From Candidatus Nanosyncoccus sp. (GTDB lineage Bacteria > Patescibacteriota > Saccharimonadia > Saccharimonadales > Saccharimonadaceae): a stretch of DNA of 32,000 nucleotides. A program made the position numbers and the translations under genes. Location of the stretch: positions 21,891-53,890 of the forward strand of contig JAZLJF010000009.1 in NCBI GenBank assembly GCA_045597305.1, in the 5' to 3' direction. Within the stretch, counting starts at the first letter, position 1. Each line of letters opens with the position of its first letter. Shown one piece after another: positions 14,674 through 23,894 of the stretch. Under the pieces are notes generated by a model. That model was not told the DNA's origin. It was given only the letters and a program-made list of their open reading frames with translations, and searched no databases.

Positions 14674-17600
14674 ATGCCTTGGGATGATAATTTTATCGCT
14701 GCAACCGACTTTGACTCCATTCGTTTAAGTGTTGCTTCGCAAGAAGACATCTTAAACTGGAGTAATGGTGAAGTTACAAAGCCAGAAACAATTAACTACC
14801 GTACTCAGAAACCTGAGCGTGATGGTTTATTCTGCGAAAGAATCTTTGGTCCAGTCAAAGATATTAATCCACATGATAGCAAGTTGAAAGGTGTCCGTTC
14901 TCGTGAGGCAGCTGTAGATAAGGAAGGTAACCTTGTTACGAAGTCAATTTCTCGACGTGAACGTATGGGGCATATTGCTCTAGCTGCACCTGTTGCACAT
15001 ATTTGGTTCATGCGTGGTACACCTTCTGCTGTATCTTTACTTCTTAACCTTACCGTGAAGAACATCGAGAAAGTTGTATACTTCGCATCTTACTTAATTG
15101 TTGACGCAAAAGATGAAGCTATCTCTGAAGAGATGAATAGCCTTGAGGCACAAACTGATGCTGCACGACAGGCAATTCGTATCCGTTACGAAGAGGCTGC
15201 AAAAGCAGAGGGCGCAGATCTAAAGAAGCTTGCAGATGAGCAAGCAAAGGAGACAGAGGATCTAGAAGCTGATTACAATACTAGAAAAGATATCCTTACT
15301 TCTCTTAAGAAGGGCGCCGTCATGTCTGAGGTTGATTATCGAAACCTCGAAGATGATTATGAAGAATACGCAAACTTGATTGACGTAATGATGGGCGCAG
15401 AGGCAATCAAGAAGATGCTTGATGAAATTGATCTTGACACAATGATCTCTGGACTTCGTGAAGAAGCTGATAAGGCAAAGGGTCAAAAAGAGAAGAAGAT
15501 TATGAAGCGTCTTAAACTAATCGAAGGTATGTATTCCGCTGGAATCAAACCTTCCGACCTAGTTCTCTCTGTTATTCCTGTTATTCCTCCAGATCTACGT
15601 CCAATGATTAGCCTTCCTGGCGGCCGTTTCGCTACGTCTGACTTGAATGATTTGTATCGTCGAGTGATCAACAGAAATAACCGTCTAAAGAAATTGATTG
15701 AGCTCAATGCGCCAGAAGTCATTTGCCGTAATGAAAAGCGTATGTTACAAGAGGCGGTTGATGCTTTGATTGATAATGCTGCATCTCATGGCAATAGAAC
15801 TGCAAATTCTCAGAATGGACGTCGAAAACTCAAATCACTTTCAGACCTTCTAAAAGGTAAACAAGGTCGCTTCCGCCAGAATCTTCTCGGCAAGCGTGTT
15901 GATTACTCAGGTCGTTCAGTGATTGTTGTAGGCCCAGAACTAAAGCTTAATGAATGTGGCTTGCCAAAACAAATGGCGCTTGAACTATTTAAGCCTTTTG
16001 TAATTTCATGGCTTATGGCGAATGAACATGCTGCGAATATCCGTGCGGCTACTCGTATGATTGAAGCAGGTGAAAATGTCGTTTGGGACGCACTTGATGA
16101 AGTAATCAAAGGGAAGTATGTACTTCTTAACCGTGCTCCATCGCTCCACCGTCTTTCTATCCAGGCTTTCCAACCAAAATTGATCGATGGTAAAGCAATT
16201 CAGCTTCACCCACTCGTAGCTACCGGCTTCAACGCTGACTACGATGGTGACCAAATGGCCGTACATCTTCCATTGTCAGATGATGCACAAGCAGAGGCTC
16301 GAGAATTGATGTCAGCTACAAAGAACCTTTTGAAGCCTGCTGATGGCGCTCCAGTGTTATCGATTTATCAGGATGTTGTTTTAGGTATTTATTATCTTAC
16401 ATATGATAAGCCAGGTACGGCTACTGATAACGTCAAACCATTTAGCTCAATTTATGAAGCGGAAATGGCTTACGATCAGGGATTAATCCATCTTCAGACA
16501 CCTATTCGTGTATTTGCCAAGAAAGAAATTCGCAATACTACTCTAGGACGAGTGATTTTCAATGAGATCCTACCTGAGGATTATCCATTTGATAATTCTG
16601 TCCAGACTAGTAAACAGCTCAAGAAAGTCATGGCAAATATCTTCGATATGTACGGTGCTGATACAACGGTTAGAATTGCAGACAAACTAAAAAATCTTGC
16701 ATTTGAGTACGAGACAATTGCTTCTGTTTCGACCGCAAAAGATGACTATCCTACATATCCAGAGATTCAAGATTTCATCGCGCAAGGTGATGCAAAGACT
16801 GCTTTGATTCAAGATCAGTTCGACCAAGGACTTTTGACTGAGGAGGAGCGATATAATCTTACTGTTGCAAACTGGCGAGAAATTGACGATAAAATCTCAG
16901 GTTTCCTTAAAGATAAGCTTGCAGACATGGATACGGATATTGCTGTCATGGTCAACTCTGGTGCTCGTGGTAGTGTTTCAAACATCAAGCTTGCATCTGC
17001 CGAAATTGGTATCATGGTCGATATTAATAACAACGAGATTGAGCTTCCTGTTAAATCCAGCTATAAAGAAGGTCTTAATACTCTCGAATCCTTTATCGCG
17101 ACTCGAGGCGCGCGTCAAGGTCAGGTTTCTACTGCTCTTCGTACGGCTGACTCTGGTTATTTAACACGTCGTCTTGTAGATGTTGCTCAGGATGTATTTA
17201 CGGTTGAAGAAGAAGTTGAAGATCCTGGATTCGATGTCCGAAAAGCTGAAGTCCACGATGCTGGTGTACAATTCTCGGCTTGGATTTCTGGTCGTTATAC
17301 AGCTGCTCCTATTCCAGGTTATCTTGAGAAAGATGAACTCATTACACCTGAAATTGCTGCTCAGCTCGAAGATGATGATAAGGTCGAGTCTGTAAAGATT
17401 CAATCTATTCTTACGACAACAGCTGTGAATGGTATTCCACAAAAGGCGTACGGTATTGATATGTCAACACGAAATATCGTTGCAGCGCATCAGCCAGTGG
17501 GTGTTATTGCCGCCCAGTCACTTGGTGAGCCAGGTACTCAGCTTACACTTGATACAAAACACGGTTCTGGTGTGGCTGGTTCTGGTGCAATTGCTCGAGG

Positions 17601-18513
17601 TCTTCCACGTGTTGAAGAGCTCCTCGAAGCACGTTCACCAAAAGGCCAAGCTTGGGTATCCCCGATTGATGGTGTAATTGATATTACAGAGGTGGATAAT
17701 CATTATATTGTCACCGTTACACCTGATTCTGGCGAAACGGAACGTATTGAACTTGATGGCCGAAAAGCAAAGGTTAAAGATGGTGCAAATGTCAAGGCTG
17801 GTGACGTCATCGCCGCTAAGCGTTTAGGTAAAGAACCGATTATTGCAGCATTCGATGGCAATGTCCAACTTGTCGATGATGCAATTATCCTTGTGGCTAA
17901 TGCAGGATCACCTGTAAAGATCGAAATTCCTGGCGATGCTGAGCTCGTAGTAAAGAAGAAAGACAATGTTGCAAAGGGTGATAGAATCACTACAGGTTCT
18001 CTAAATCTTCAGGATCTTTTGAAGAATAAGGGTAAAGAAGAGACAGAACGCTATATCATGAATGACGTTCTTGCAGTTTATGCTGCACAGGGACACGAGA
18101 TTTCTGCAAAACACCTTGAAATTATTGTCCGCCAGATGTTCTCAAGAGTAATGATTGATGAATCTGGTGATTCAAACTTCGTTGTAGGTGATATTGTATC
18201 TCAGGCTGCAGTCGAAAATGAAAACAAAGAGTTAATCGCAGAAGGAAAAGAGCCAGCTCAATATACACAGCTTCTTCTTGGTATTACAAAGGTGTCGATT
18301 TGGTCAGACTCATTCTTGTCTGCGGCATCATTCCAGGATACAACACGTGTACTTATCAACTCTGCTACATCAGGTAGAATTGATCATCTTCGTGGTCTAA
18401 AGGAGAATGTGATTATTGGTCGTAAAATTCCTGTCGGAACAGGAGCAATGCCTCTAATAGCATCTGATTCAGACGAAGAAACACCTTCCGATGAGGAATT
18501 TGATGAAGCCTAG
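14674..18513 (+). CDS. rpoC: RNA polymerase subunit beta' (zinc-site cysteines absent)
   Basis: CERIFGPVKD, RRERMGHIALAAPVAHIW, KGKQGRFRQNLLGKRVDYSGRSVIVVGP, NADYDGDQMAVHLPLS, TADSGYLTRRLVDVAQDV. Start 14674 (MPWDDN) is preferred over tracked 14599, which overlaps rpoB. Confidence 0.99.
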   Translation: MPWDDNFIAATDFDSIRLSVASQEDILNWSNGEVTKPETINYRTQKPERDGLFCERIFGPVKDINPHDSKLKGVRSREAAVDKEGNLVTKSISRRERMGHIALAAPVAHIWFMRGTPSAVSLLLNLTVKNIEKVVYFASYLIVDAKDEAISEEMNSLEAQTDAARQAIRIRYEEAAKAEGADLKKLADEQAKETEDLEADYNTRKDILTSLKKGAVMSEVDYRNLEDDYEEYANLIDVMMGAEAIKKMLDEIDLDTMISGLREEADKAKGQKEKKIMKRLKLIEGMYSAGIKPSDLVLSVIPVIPPDLRPMISLPGGRFATSDLNDLYRRVINRNNRLKKLIELNAPEVICRNEKRMLQEAVDALIDNAASHGNRTANSQNGRRKLKSLSDLLKGKQGRFRQNLLGKRVDYSGRSVIVVGPELKLNECGLPKQMALELFKPFVISWLMANEHAANIRAATRMIEAGENVVWDALDEVIKGKYVLLNRAPSLHRLSIQAFQPKLIDGKAIQLHPLVATGFNADYDGDQMAVHLPLSDDAQAEARELMSATKNLLKPADGAPVLSIYQDVVLGIYYLTYDKPGTATDNVKPFSSIYEAEMAYDQGLIHLQTPIRVFAKKEIRNTTLGRVIFNEILPEDYPFDNSVQTSKQLKKVMANIFDMYGADTTVRIADKLKNLAFEYETIASVSTAKDDYPTYPEIQDFIAQGDAKTALIQDQFDQGLLTEEERYNLTVANWREIDDKISGFLKDKLADMDTDIAVMVNSGARGSVSNIKLASAEIGIMVDINNNEIELPVKSSYKEGLNTLESFIATRGARQGQVSTALRTADSGYLTRRLVDVAQDVFTVEEEVEDPGFDVRKAEVHDAGVQFSAWISGRYTAAPIPGYLEKDELITPEIAAQLEDDDKVESVKIQSILTTTAVNGIPQKAYGIDMSTRNIVAAHQPVGVIAAQSLGEPGTQLTLDTKHGSGVAGSGAIARGLPRVEELLEARSPKGQAWVSPIDGVIDITEVDNHYIVTVTPDSGETERIELDGRKAKVKDGANVKAGDVIAAKRLGKEPIIAAFDGNVQLVDDAIILVANAGSPVKIEIPGDAELVVKKKDNVAKGDRITTGSLNLQDLLKNKGKEETERYIMNDVLAVYAAQGHEISAKHLEIIVRQMFSRVMIDESGDSNFVVGDIVSQAAVENENKELIAEGKEPAQYTQLLLGITKVSIWSDSFLSAASFQDTTRVLINSATSGRIDHLRGLKENVIIGRKIPVGTGAMPLIASDSDEETPSDEEFDEA

Positions 18514-18540
18514 TCGTTAAATCCAAACAAGCATGATAAA

Positions 18541-18571
18541 ATGGCCCACTTTACCAGTGGGTCATTTTTTT
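18541..18571 (+). terminator. intrinsic terminator after rpoC
   Basis: TGGCCCACT-TTACC-AGTGGGTCA-TTTTTT. Confidence 0.85.
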
Positions 18572-18590
18572 GTATTTATGATAGAAAATC

Positions 18591-18619
18591 TTGCGCAAAT
18601 TTTTCTTTTATGATAAAAT
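18591..18619 (+). promoter_or_regulatory. promoter of ribosomal protein operon
   Basis: TTGCGC (18591-18596), 17 bp, TGA-TAAAAT (18614-18619). Confidence 0.6.
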
Positions 18620-18642
18620 AATATCGTATATTCTAATAATTA

Positions 18643-18727
18643 GAGCATACATTGCTAGACGCAAGAGTAAGTCGGAGGTTGCCAGATACCGAAGAAACTG
18701 CTCAAAAGTCTAGTTTCTGTGTTGCTC
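18643..18727 (+). other. structured leader of rplC operon
   Basis: Complementary GAGCA(18643-18647)/TGCTC(18723-18727 or 18699-18703), CTAGAC(18655-18660)/GTCTAG(18708-18713), AGAAACT(18693-18699)/AGTTTCT(18712-18718). Confidence 0.45.
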
Positions 18728-18745
18728 ACAAAGGAAAGGAAAAAG

Positions 18746-19363
18746 ATGCAAGTCATCATCGGCACCAAAATTGGTATGACCCAGATCATCGGTGAGGATG
18801 GGATTGTGACTCCAGTCACTATCATCCAGGCCGGCCCAGCTACTGTGACTCAGATAAAAACCGCAGAAAAAGACGGTTACAATGCAGTACAGCTCGGTTA
18901 TGGTCAGGGTAAGAATCTGAGCAAGTCGGTTTCCGGCCATGCAAAAAAGGCTGGAGAAAATTTCTCTCCAAAAGTTCTTAAGGAGTTTAGGACTGAGGGA
19001 GAGCCAGAAGTAAAGGTCGGAGAGAACCTTACTGTGGACGTATTTAATCTCGGTGATAAAGTCACTGTAACAGGTACTTCCAAAGGTAAAGGCTACGCAG
19101 GTACAGTGAAACGCTGGAACTTTAATGAATCACGAAATACTCATGGTTTTAAGGGCAATATTCGTAGAGTTGGTTCTATCGGTTCCATGTATCCTCAAAA
19201 AGTATTCAAGGGCAAGAAAATGCCAGGTCGAATGGGCCACGATCAAGTGACTGTAAAGAATCTTATCGTCGCTTACGTTGATAAAGAGAACAACATAATT
19301 GGTCTCAAAGGCGCTGTCCCTGGTCCTAAAAAAGGCACCATAACAATAGAGGGAAAGGAGTAA
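18746..19363 (+). CDS. rplC: 50S ribosomal protein L3
   Basis: MQVIIGTKIGMTQIIGEDG, HGFKGNIRRVGSIGSMYPQKVFKGKKMPGRMG. ATG 18746 preferred over tracked 18719. Confidence 0.98.
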   Translation: MQVIIGTKIGMTQIIGEDGIVTPVTIIQAGPATVTQIKTAEKDGYNAVQLGYGQGKNLSKSVSGHAKKAGENFSPKVLKEFRTEGEPEVKVGENLTVDVFNLGDKVTVTGTSKGKGYAGTVKRWNFNESRNTHGFKGNIRRVGSIGSMYPQKVFKGKKMPGRMGHDQVTVKNLIVAYVDKENNIIGLKGAVPGPKKGTITIEGKE

Positions 19364-19364
19364 T

Positions 19365-19970
19365 ATGGCTAATACGTTGAATAAAGACATTTTCGGTCTC
19401 TCTGTCGAGAATCATGAATTGATTAAATTAGCTTATGATGCTTATCTTGCAAACTCTCGTTCTTCTCACGCAAAGACTTTGAAACGTGGCGAAGTAAGAG
19501 GTGGCGGTAAAAAGCCATGGAAGCAAAAAGGTACTGGACGTGCTCGATTTGGTAGTACACGCAACCCTATTTGGCGTCATGGTGGCGTAGCATTTGGCCG
19601 CACAGGTGAAGAGAATTTCACGAAGAAAATCTCACGCGAAAGCAAGAAGGTTGCAATTCGTCAGGCTCTTTCAATCAAGAATAAAGAAAAAGCAATAATT
19701 CTTGCTGAAAATGAGTTGAAACAGACTGGAAAGACGAAAGACGCAGTTAATTATATTAAAGAGCTCGGTCTCGAAGGCAAAAACATTTTGGCAGTAACAC
19801 ATGAAAAAACGCCAGAACTTATGAAAATGACAAGCAACCTTTCTAATCTTAAATTGGTCAGAGCTACATATCTCAATGTATTTGACATTATGAATGCAGA
19901 TGCTATCGTATTTAGCACTGATGCAGTAAAAGATCTTGAAACATGGTTGATCGGAAAGGAGAATGCATAA
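19365..19970 (+). CDS. rplD: 50S ribosomal protein L4
   Basis: EVRGGGKKPWKQKGTGRARFGSTRNPIWRHGGVAFG. Confidence 0.98.
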   Translation: MANTLNKDIFGLSVENHELIKLAYDAYLANSRSSHAKTLKRGEVRGGGKKPWKQKGTGRARFGSTRNPIWRHGGVAFGRTGEENFTKKISRESKKVAIRQALSIKNKEKAIILAENELKQTGKTKDAVNYIKELGLEGKNILAVTHEKTPELMKMTSNLSNLKLVRATYLNVFDIMNADAIVFSTDAVKDLETWLIGKENA

Positions 19971-20377
19971 TGGAAATTTTCCCAAGAGCAACCGAAAAAA
20001 CCTATCGCGAGCAGGCAAAGAGAACATATGTTTTCTTAGTACCTGAAGGTACATCTAAACAATCTGTAGTAAAACTCGTAGCAGAACAGTATAAAGTAAC
20101 AGTAACGGATGTCCGTATCTTGACTCGTAAGGGTAAAGCAACAAAATATAGCAAGGGTAAACATGCTTATCCCGGTACTACTTTCCGCCGTGATAAGAGA
20201 TTAGCTTATGTTACCTTAAAAGAAGGTGATTCAATCAAAGTATTTGAAGACCCTGAAGAAGATAAGAAAGAAAACAAGAAAGCTGATAAAAAGGCTGACA
20301 AAAAAGAAGTAAAGGAAACTGAAGCCAAAAAATCCGCAAAGGCCGATAAAAAATCGGAAAAGAAAGGAGATAAATAA
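19970..20377 (+). CDS. rplW: 50S ribosomal protein L23 with Lys/Asp-rich tail
   Basis: PRATEKTYREQAKRTYVFLVPEGTSKQSVVKLVAEQYKVTVTDVRIL; start overlaps rplD stop. Confidence 0.95.
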   Translation: MEIFPRATEKTYREQAKRTYVFLVPEGTSKQSVVKLVAEQYKVTVTDVRILTRKGKATKYSKGKHAYPGTTFRRDKRLAYVTLKEGDSIKVFEDPEEDKKENKKADKKADKKEVKETEAKKSAKADKKSEKKGDK

Positions 20378-21213
20378 TGGCTATTAAAGCTTATCGTCCA
20401 ATGACTCCTGCTCAACGTCAGAAGACTACTCAGGATTTTGATAAGATTACTACACGTAAACCACTCAAATCTTTGACAAAGGCAAAGAAACAGCAGGCTG
20501 GTAAAAATAACCAGGGACGTATCACAGTTCGTCACCGTGGTGGCGGTGTAAAACGTCATTATCGTATTCTTACACATAATCTACCAAAGAACCTCACTCT
20601 TACAGTGATGGAAATTGAATACGATCCAAATCGTTCAGCACGTATTGCACGTGTAAAAGATCAGAATGATAATTATTATTATGTTATCGCTGATCAGAAT
20701 ATGGAAAAAGGTAGCAAGTTCTCCACTGGAGATGAAGTTGCAGTCGAAAATTCCAATAGACTTCCACTTGAGAATATCCCAGTCGGTACATTTGTCTATG
20801 CAATTGAATTGACTCCAGGCCGTGGTGCACAGATGGTTCGTGCGGCTGGAAGCTCAGCGCAATTAATGGCAAAGGAAGATGGTTACGCTACATTGAAAAT
20901 GCCATCTGGTGAATTTCGTAAAGTATTAAGTACATGCCAAGCATCGGTTGGTGCTGTTGGAAACGAACAACACCAAAATATCAAAATTGGTGCTGCAGGC
21001 CGAACGCGTCGTAAAGGTATTCGTCCTACGGTTCGTGGTGTTGTGATGAACGCTACAGATCACCCTCACGGTGGTGGTGACGGTGGACGTCATGGTTCTG
21101 GTAAAGCACCTCGTACACCATGGGGTCAGCTCACACTTGGCTACCGTACTCGTCATAATAAGAAAACTAATAAAATGATCGTGCGTAGTCGACACGAAGG
21201 AAAGAGGAAATAG
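20377..21213 (+). CDS. rplB: 50S ribosomal protein L2
   Basis: GRITVRHRGGGVKRHYR, VRGVVMNATDHPHGGGDG. Confidence 0.98.
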   Translation: MAIKAYRPMTPAQRQKTTQDFDKITTRKPLKSLTKAKKQQAGKNNQGRITVRHRGGGVKRHYRILTHNLPKNLTLTVMEIEYDPNRSARIARVKDQNDNYYYVIADQNMEKGSKFSTGDEVAVENSNRLPLENIPVGTFVYAIELTPGRGAQMVRAAGSSAQLMAKEDGYATLKMPSGEFRKVLSTCQASVGAVGNEQHQNIKIGAAGRTRRKGIRPTVRGVVMNATDHPHGGGDGGRHGSGKAPRTPWGQLTLGYRTRHNKKTNKMIVRSRHEGKRK

Positions 21214-21216
21214 GCT

Positions 21217-21510
21217 ATGAGTAGAAGTCTAAAGAAAGGTCCTTTTGTAGATTTTAAGCTTCAGAAAAAAATTGAAGCTCTATCTTCAGATGATCGTACC
21301 GTTATCAAAACATGGGCCCGTCAATCTACCATTTCCCCAGAGATGGTCGGTCGCACAATTGCCGTTCACAACGGTAAGGTCCACGTACCTGTATTCATTA
21401 GCGAAAATATGGTTGGTCACAAACTTGGTGAGTTTGCTCCAACCCGCAAATTCCGCCGTCACGGTGGTAAGAAAGCTGCAGAAGCTGCAGCTGCGAAAGG
21501 AGGCGCATAA
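21217..21510 (+). CDS. rpsS: 30S ribosomal protein S19
   Basis: [53 protein letters not shown]. Confidence 0.98.
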   Translation: MSRSLKKGPFVDFKLQKKIEALSSDDRTVIKTWARQSTISPEMVGRTIAVHNGKVHVPVFISENMVGHKLGEFAPTRKFRRHGGKKAAEAAAAKGGA

Positions 21511-21890
21511 TGTCGACTCATTTTGCAAAAGCATATATTAAAGGTATTGACAGTATGCCAAGAAAAGCAAGTATTGTTGCTAGCCTAGTCCGTGATCGCT
21601 ATGTCGCTGACGCATTGGTTATTCTTGATAATACTCCTCGTCGTGCTGCACGCGCTGTCAAGAAAGCAATCGAGAGTGCAAATGCAAATCTTTTGAATAG
21701 TGGTATTTCCATTGATCCAAAAACAATTCGCATTTCTCGCATTTCTGTCACAGCTGGTACACGCATGCGCCGTTATGTTCCAGCATCAAGAGGACGCGCA
21801 TTACCTTTCGAGAAAATTTCTTCAAACATCTTTGTCGAAGTTGCTGGAGAAGAAAAAGTAAAAGCTGCTTCTAAGAAGGAGGAAAAGTAA
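21510..21890 (+). CDS. rplV: 50S ribosomal protein L22
   Basis: AKAYIKGIDSMPRKASIVASLVRDRYVADALVILDNTPRRAARAVKKAIESANAN. Confidence 0.95.
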   Translation: MSTHFAKAYIKGIDSMPRKASIVASLVRDRYVADALVILDNTPRRAARAVKKAIESANANLLNSGISIDPKTIRISRISVTAGTRMRRYVPASRGRALPFEKISSNIFVEVAGEEKVKAASKKEEK

Positions 21891-22516
21891 TGGGACAGAA
21901 AGTTAACCCAGGATCATTCCGTCTTCAAATCAGCAAAGATTGGTCTTCAAAATGGTTTACTAAGAAGGCAAATTTCAAAGAATGGCTGGTTGAAGATTCA
22001 AAGATTCGCGAAACAATTGAAAATCGTTTCAAGGCACGTCCAACGATTGCAAAAATTAATATCGAGCGCAGCTCTAATCTTATTACTATTACTATTCACA
22101 CTGCAAAAGCAGGTGCTGTAATCGGAAAACAGGGTGCAGGTATTAATGAGCTAAAGAAAGATCTTGAAAAGTTCACATCTCAGCCTGTACGTCTTAACGT
22201 CGAAGAGATAAAGAAGCCAGAGCTCAATGCTAAGTTGGTCGCTGAGAACATTGGTTTCCAGCTTGGAAAGCGTATGAATTTCCGACGCGCAGTCAAAATG
22301 GCTTGTCAATCTACCATGACTGCTGGTGCTAAGGGTGTCCGCATCGAAGTTGCTGGACGTCTAAATGGTGCTGAAATGTCACGTCGTGAAAAGTTTATTG
22401 AGGGATCTGTTCCTCTACATACGCTTCGTGCAGATATCGACTTTTATTGTCATCATGCACCTACTACAGCTGGTATCGTCGGTGTAAAAGTATGGATTTA
22501 TAAGGGGGAGAAGTAA
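21890..22516 (+). CDS. rpsC: 30S ribosomal protein S3
   Basis: MGQKVNPGSFRL, KH motif VIGKQGAGINELKKDLEKF, GRLNGAEMSRREKFIEGSVPLHTLRADIDF. Confidence 0.98.
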   Translation: MGQKVNPGSFRLQISKDWSSKWFTKKANFKEWLVEDSKIRETIENRFKARPTIAKINIERSSNLITITIHTAKAGAVIGKQGAGINELKKDLEKFTSQPVRLNVEEIKKPELNAKLVAENIGFQLGKRMNFRRAVKMACQSTMTAGAKGVRIEVAGRLNGAEMSRREKFIEGSVPLHTLRADIDFYCHHAPTTAGIVGVKVWIYKGEK

Positions 22517-22518
22517 TC

Positions 22519-22938
22519 ATGGCTATCTTATTACCTAGAAAAACTGCTCACCGAAAGGTTCGTATCGGAAAAAACGAAGGCAACGCAACCCGTTGTAATT
22601 CTGTTGACTTCGGTGATTATGGCTTGATGTCGTTAGACAATGAACGTGTTAATTCAAAGCAGATTGAGGCAGCACGTCAAGCAATTACACGCTACATTAA
22701 GCGTGGTGGTAAAATTTGGATTCGAATTTTCCCACATACACCTGTCACTAAAAAGCCTCTCGATGTTAAAATGGGTGGTGGTAAAGGTGAACCACAGTTC
22801 TTTGTAGCAAAAGTAAAAGCTGGAACTGTCATGTTTGAGATTGGTGATGTTACAGATGAACAGGCAAAGGAAGCTCTTCGCCTAGCATCTCACAAATTAC
22901 CTGTCCGATGTAAGATTATTAAGAAAGAGGAGTTTTAA
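22519..22938 (+). CDS. rplP: 50S ribosomal protein L16
   Basis: LLPRKTAHRKVRIG, QIEAARQAITRYIKRGGKIWIRIFPHTPVTKKP. Confidence 0.97.
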   Translation: MAILLPRKTAHRKVRIGKNEGNATRCNSVDFGDYGLMSLDNERVNSKQIEAARQAITRYIKRGGKIWIRIFPHTPVTKKPLDVKMGGGKGEPQFFVAKVKAGTVMFEIGDVTDEQAKEALRLASHKLPVRCKIIKKEEF

Positions 22939-22940
22939 TT

Positions 22941-23294
22941 ATGGCTAAAACACTTATTGGCCTGGTTTCGTCCGATAAACGTGACAAAACTATCACAGTG
23001 TCTATTGCCAATCGTGAAACTCATCCTCTCTATCGTAAGCAATTTACAAATACGCGTAAATATACTGCACATGATGAGAAAAATGAGGCTCACGTTGGTG
23101 ATAAAGTCGAAATCGTTGCCTGCCGTCCTTTCTCAAAGACCGTCTGCTATAACCTAGTAAAAGTTCTTGAGAAATCTCACGACACAATCACTTTGAAAGA
23201 AGATGTTAATGAAGTTGAAATGCCCGAAAAGGTTGGCGCAGATGAATCAGCCGACAAAATGGAAACTTCTTCAACTGAGGAAACAAAGGAGTAA
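22941..23294 (+). CDS. rpsQ: 30S ribosomal protein S17 with acidic C-terminal tail
   Basis: [64 protein letters not shown]. Confidence 0.95.
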   Translation: MAKTLIGLVSSDKRDKTITVSIANRETHPLYRKQFTNTRKYTAHDEKNEAHVGDKVEIVACRPFSKTVCYNLVKVLEKSHDTITLKEDVNEVEMPEKVGADESADKMETSSTEETKE

Positions 23295-23296
23295 AT

Positions 23297-23665
23297 ATGA
23301 TCCAACAGGAAACTAGATTAAAAGTTGCTGATAACAGCGGCGCCAAAGAACTTGGTGTAATCCGTGTCCTTGGTGGAACTCGTGCAAGGTATGCGAGAGT
23401 TGGGGACATTGTTACTGCAAGTATTAAGGATGCTTCACCTACAGGTAGCGTGAAGAAAAAAGCAGTCGTCCGTGCAGTTATTGTACGCACGCGTGATCAA
23501 ATTCGTCGTCCAGATGGTTCAACAATTCGATTCGACGATAATGCTGCAGTCCTAATCAATGATGATAAGACACCACGTGGAACACGTGTATTCGGACCTG
23601 TCCCTCGTGAACTTCGTGATAAAGGCTACAGCAAAATTATCAGCTTAGCTCCGGAGGTACTATAA
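23297..23665 (+). CDS. rplN: 50S ribosomal protein L14
   Basis: [56 protein letters not shown]. Confidence 0.98.
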   Translation: MIQQETRLKVADNSGAKELGVIRVLGGTRARYARVGDIVTASIKDASPTGSVKKKAVVRAVIVRTRDQIRRPDGSTIRFDDNAAVLINDDKTPRGTRVFGPVPRELRDKGYSKIISLAPEVL

Positions 23666-23666
23666 T

Positions 23667-23894
23667 ATGGCACAGAATTTAAAGACTGGCGACACAGTAA
23701 AGATTATCTCTGGTGATAATAAAGGTAAAACCGGCAAAATCGTCAAAATGGACGTAAAGGGTCACAAGGCTTTCATCGAAGGTATTGAAGTCCGTGAGCG
23801 TCATATGAAGAAGACTCAATTTAATCCAGCTGGTGGTAAAAAGACTATTCACGTTGGAATTGATCTCTCTAATCTCAAGAAGGAGGGCAAGTAA
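23667..23894 (+). CDS. rplX: 50S ribosomal protein L24
   Basis: LKTGDTVKIISGDNKGKTGKIVKMD (KOW motif). Confidence 0.95.
   Translation: MAQNLKTGDTVKIISGDNKGKTGKIVKMDVKGHKAFIEGIEVRERHMKKTQFNPAGGKKTIHVGIDLSNLKKEGK

Noticed and set aside
20206-20577. 123-aa minus-strand ORF over rplW/rplB
   Set aside because: Low-complexity SAFLSAF sequence is the reverse complement of the ADKK-rich L23 tail.
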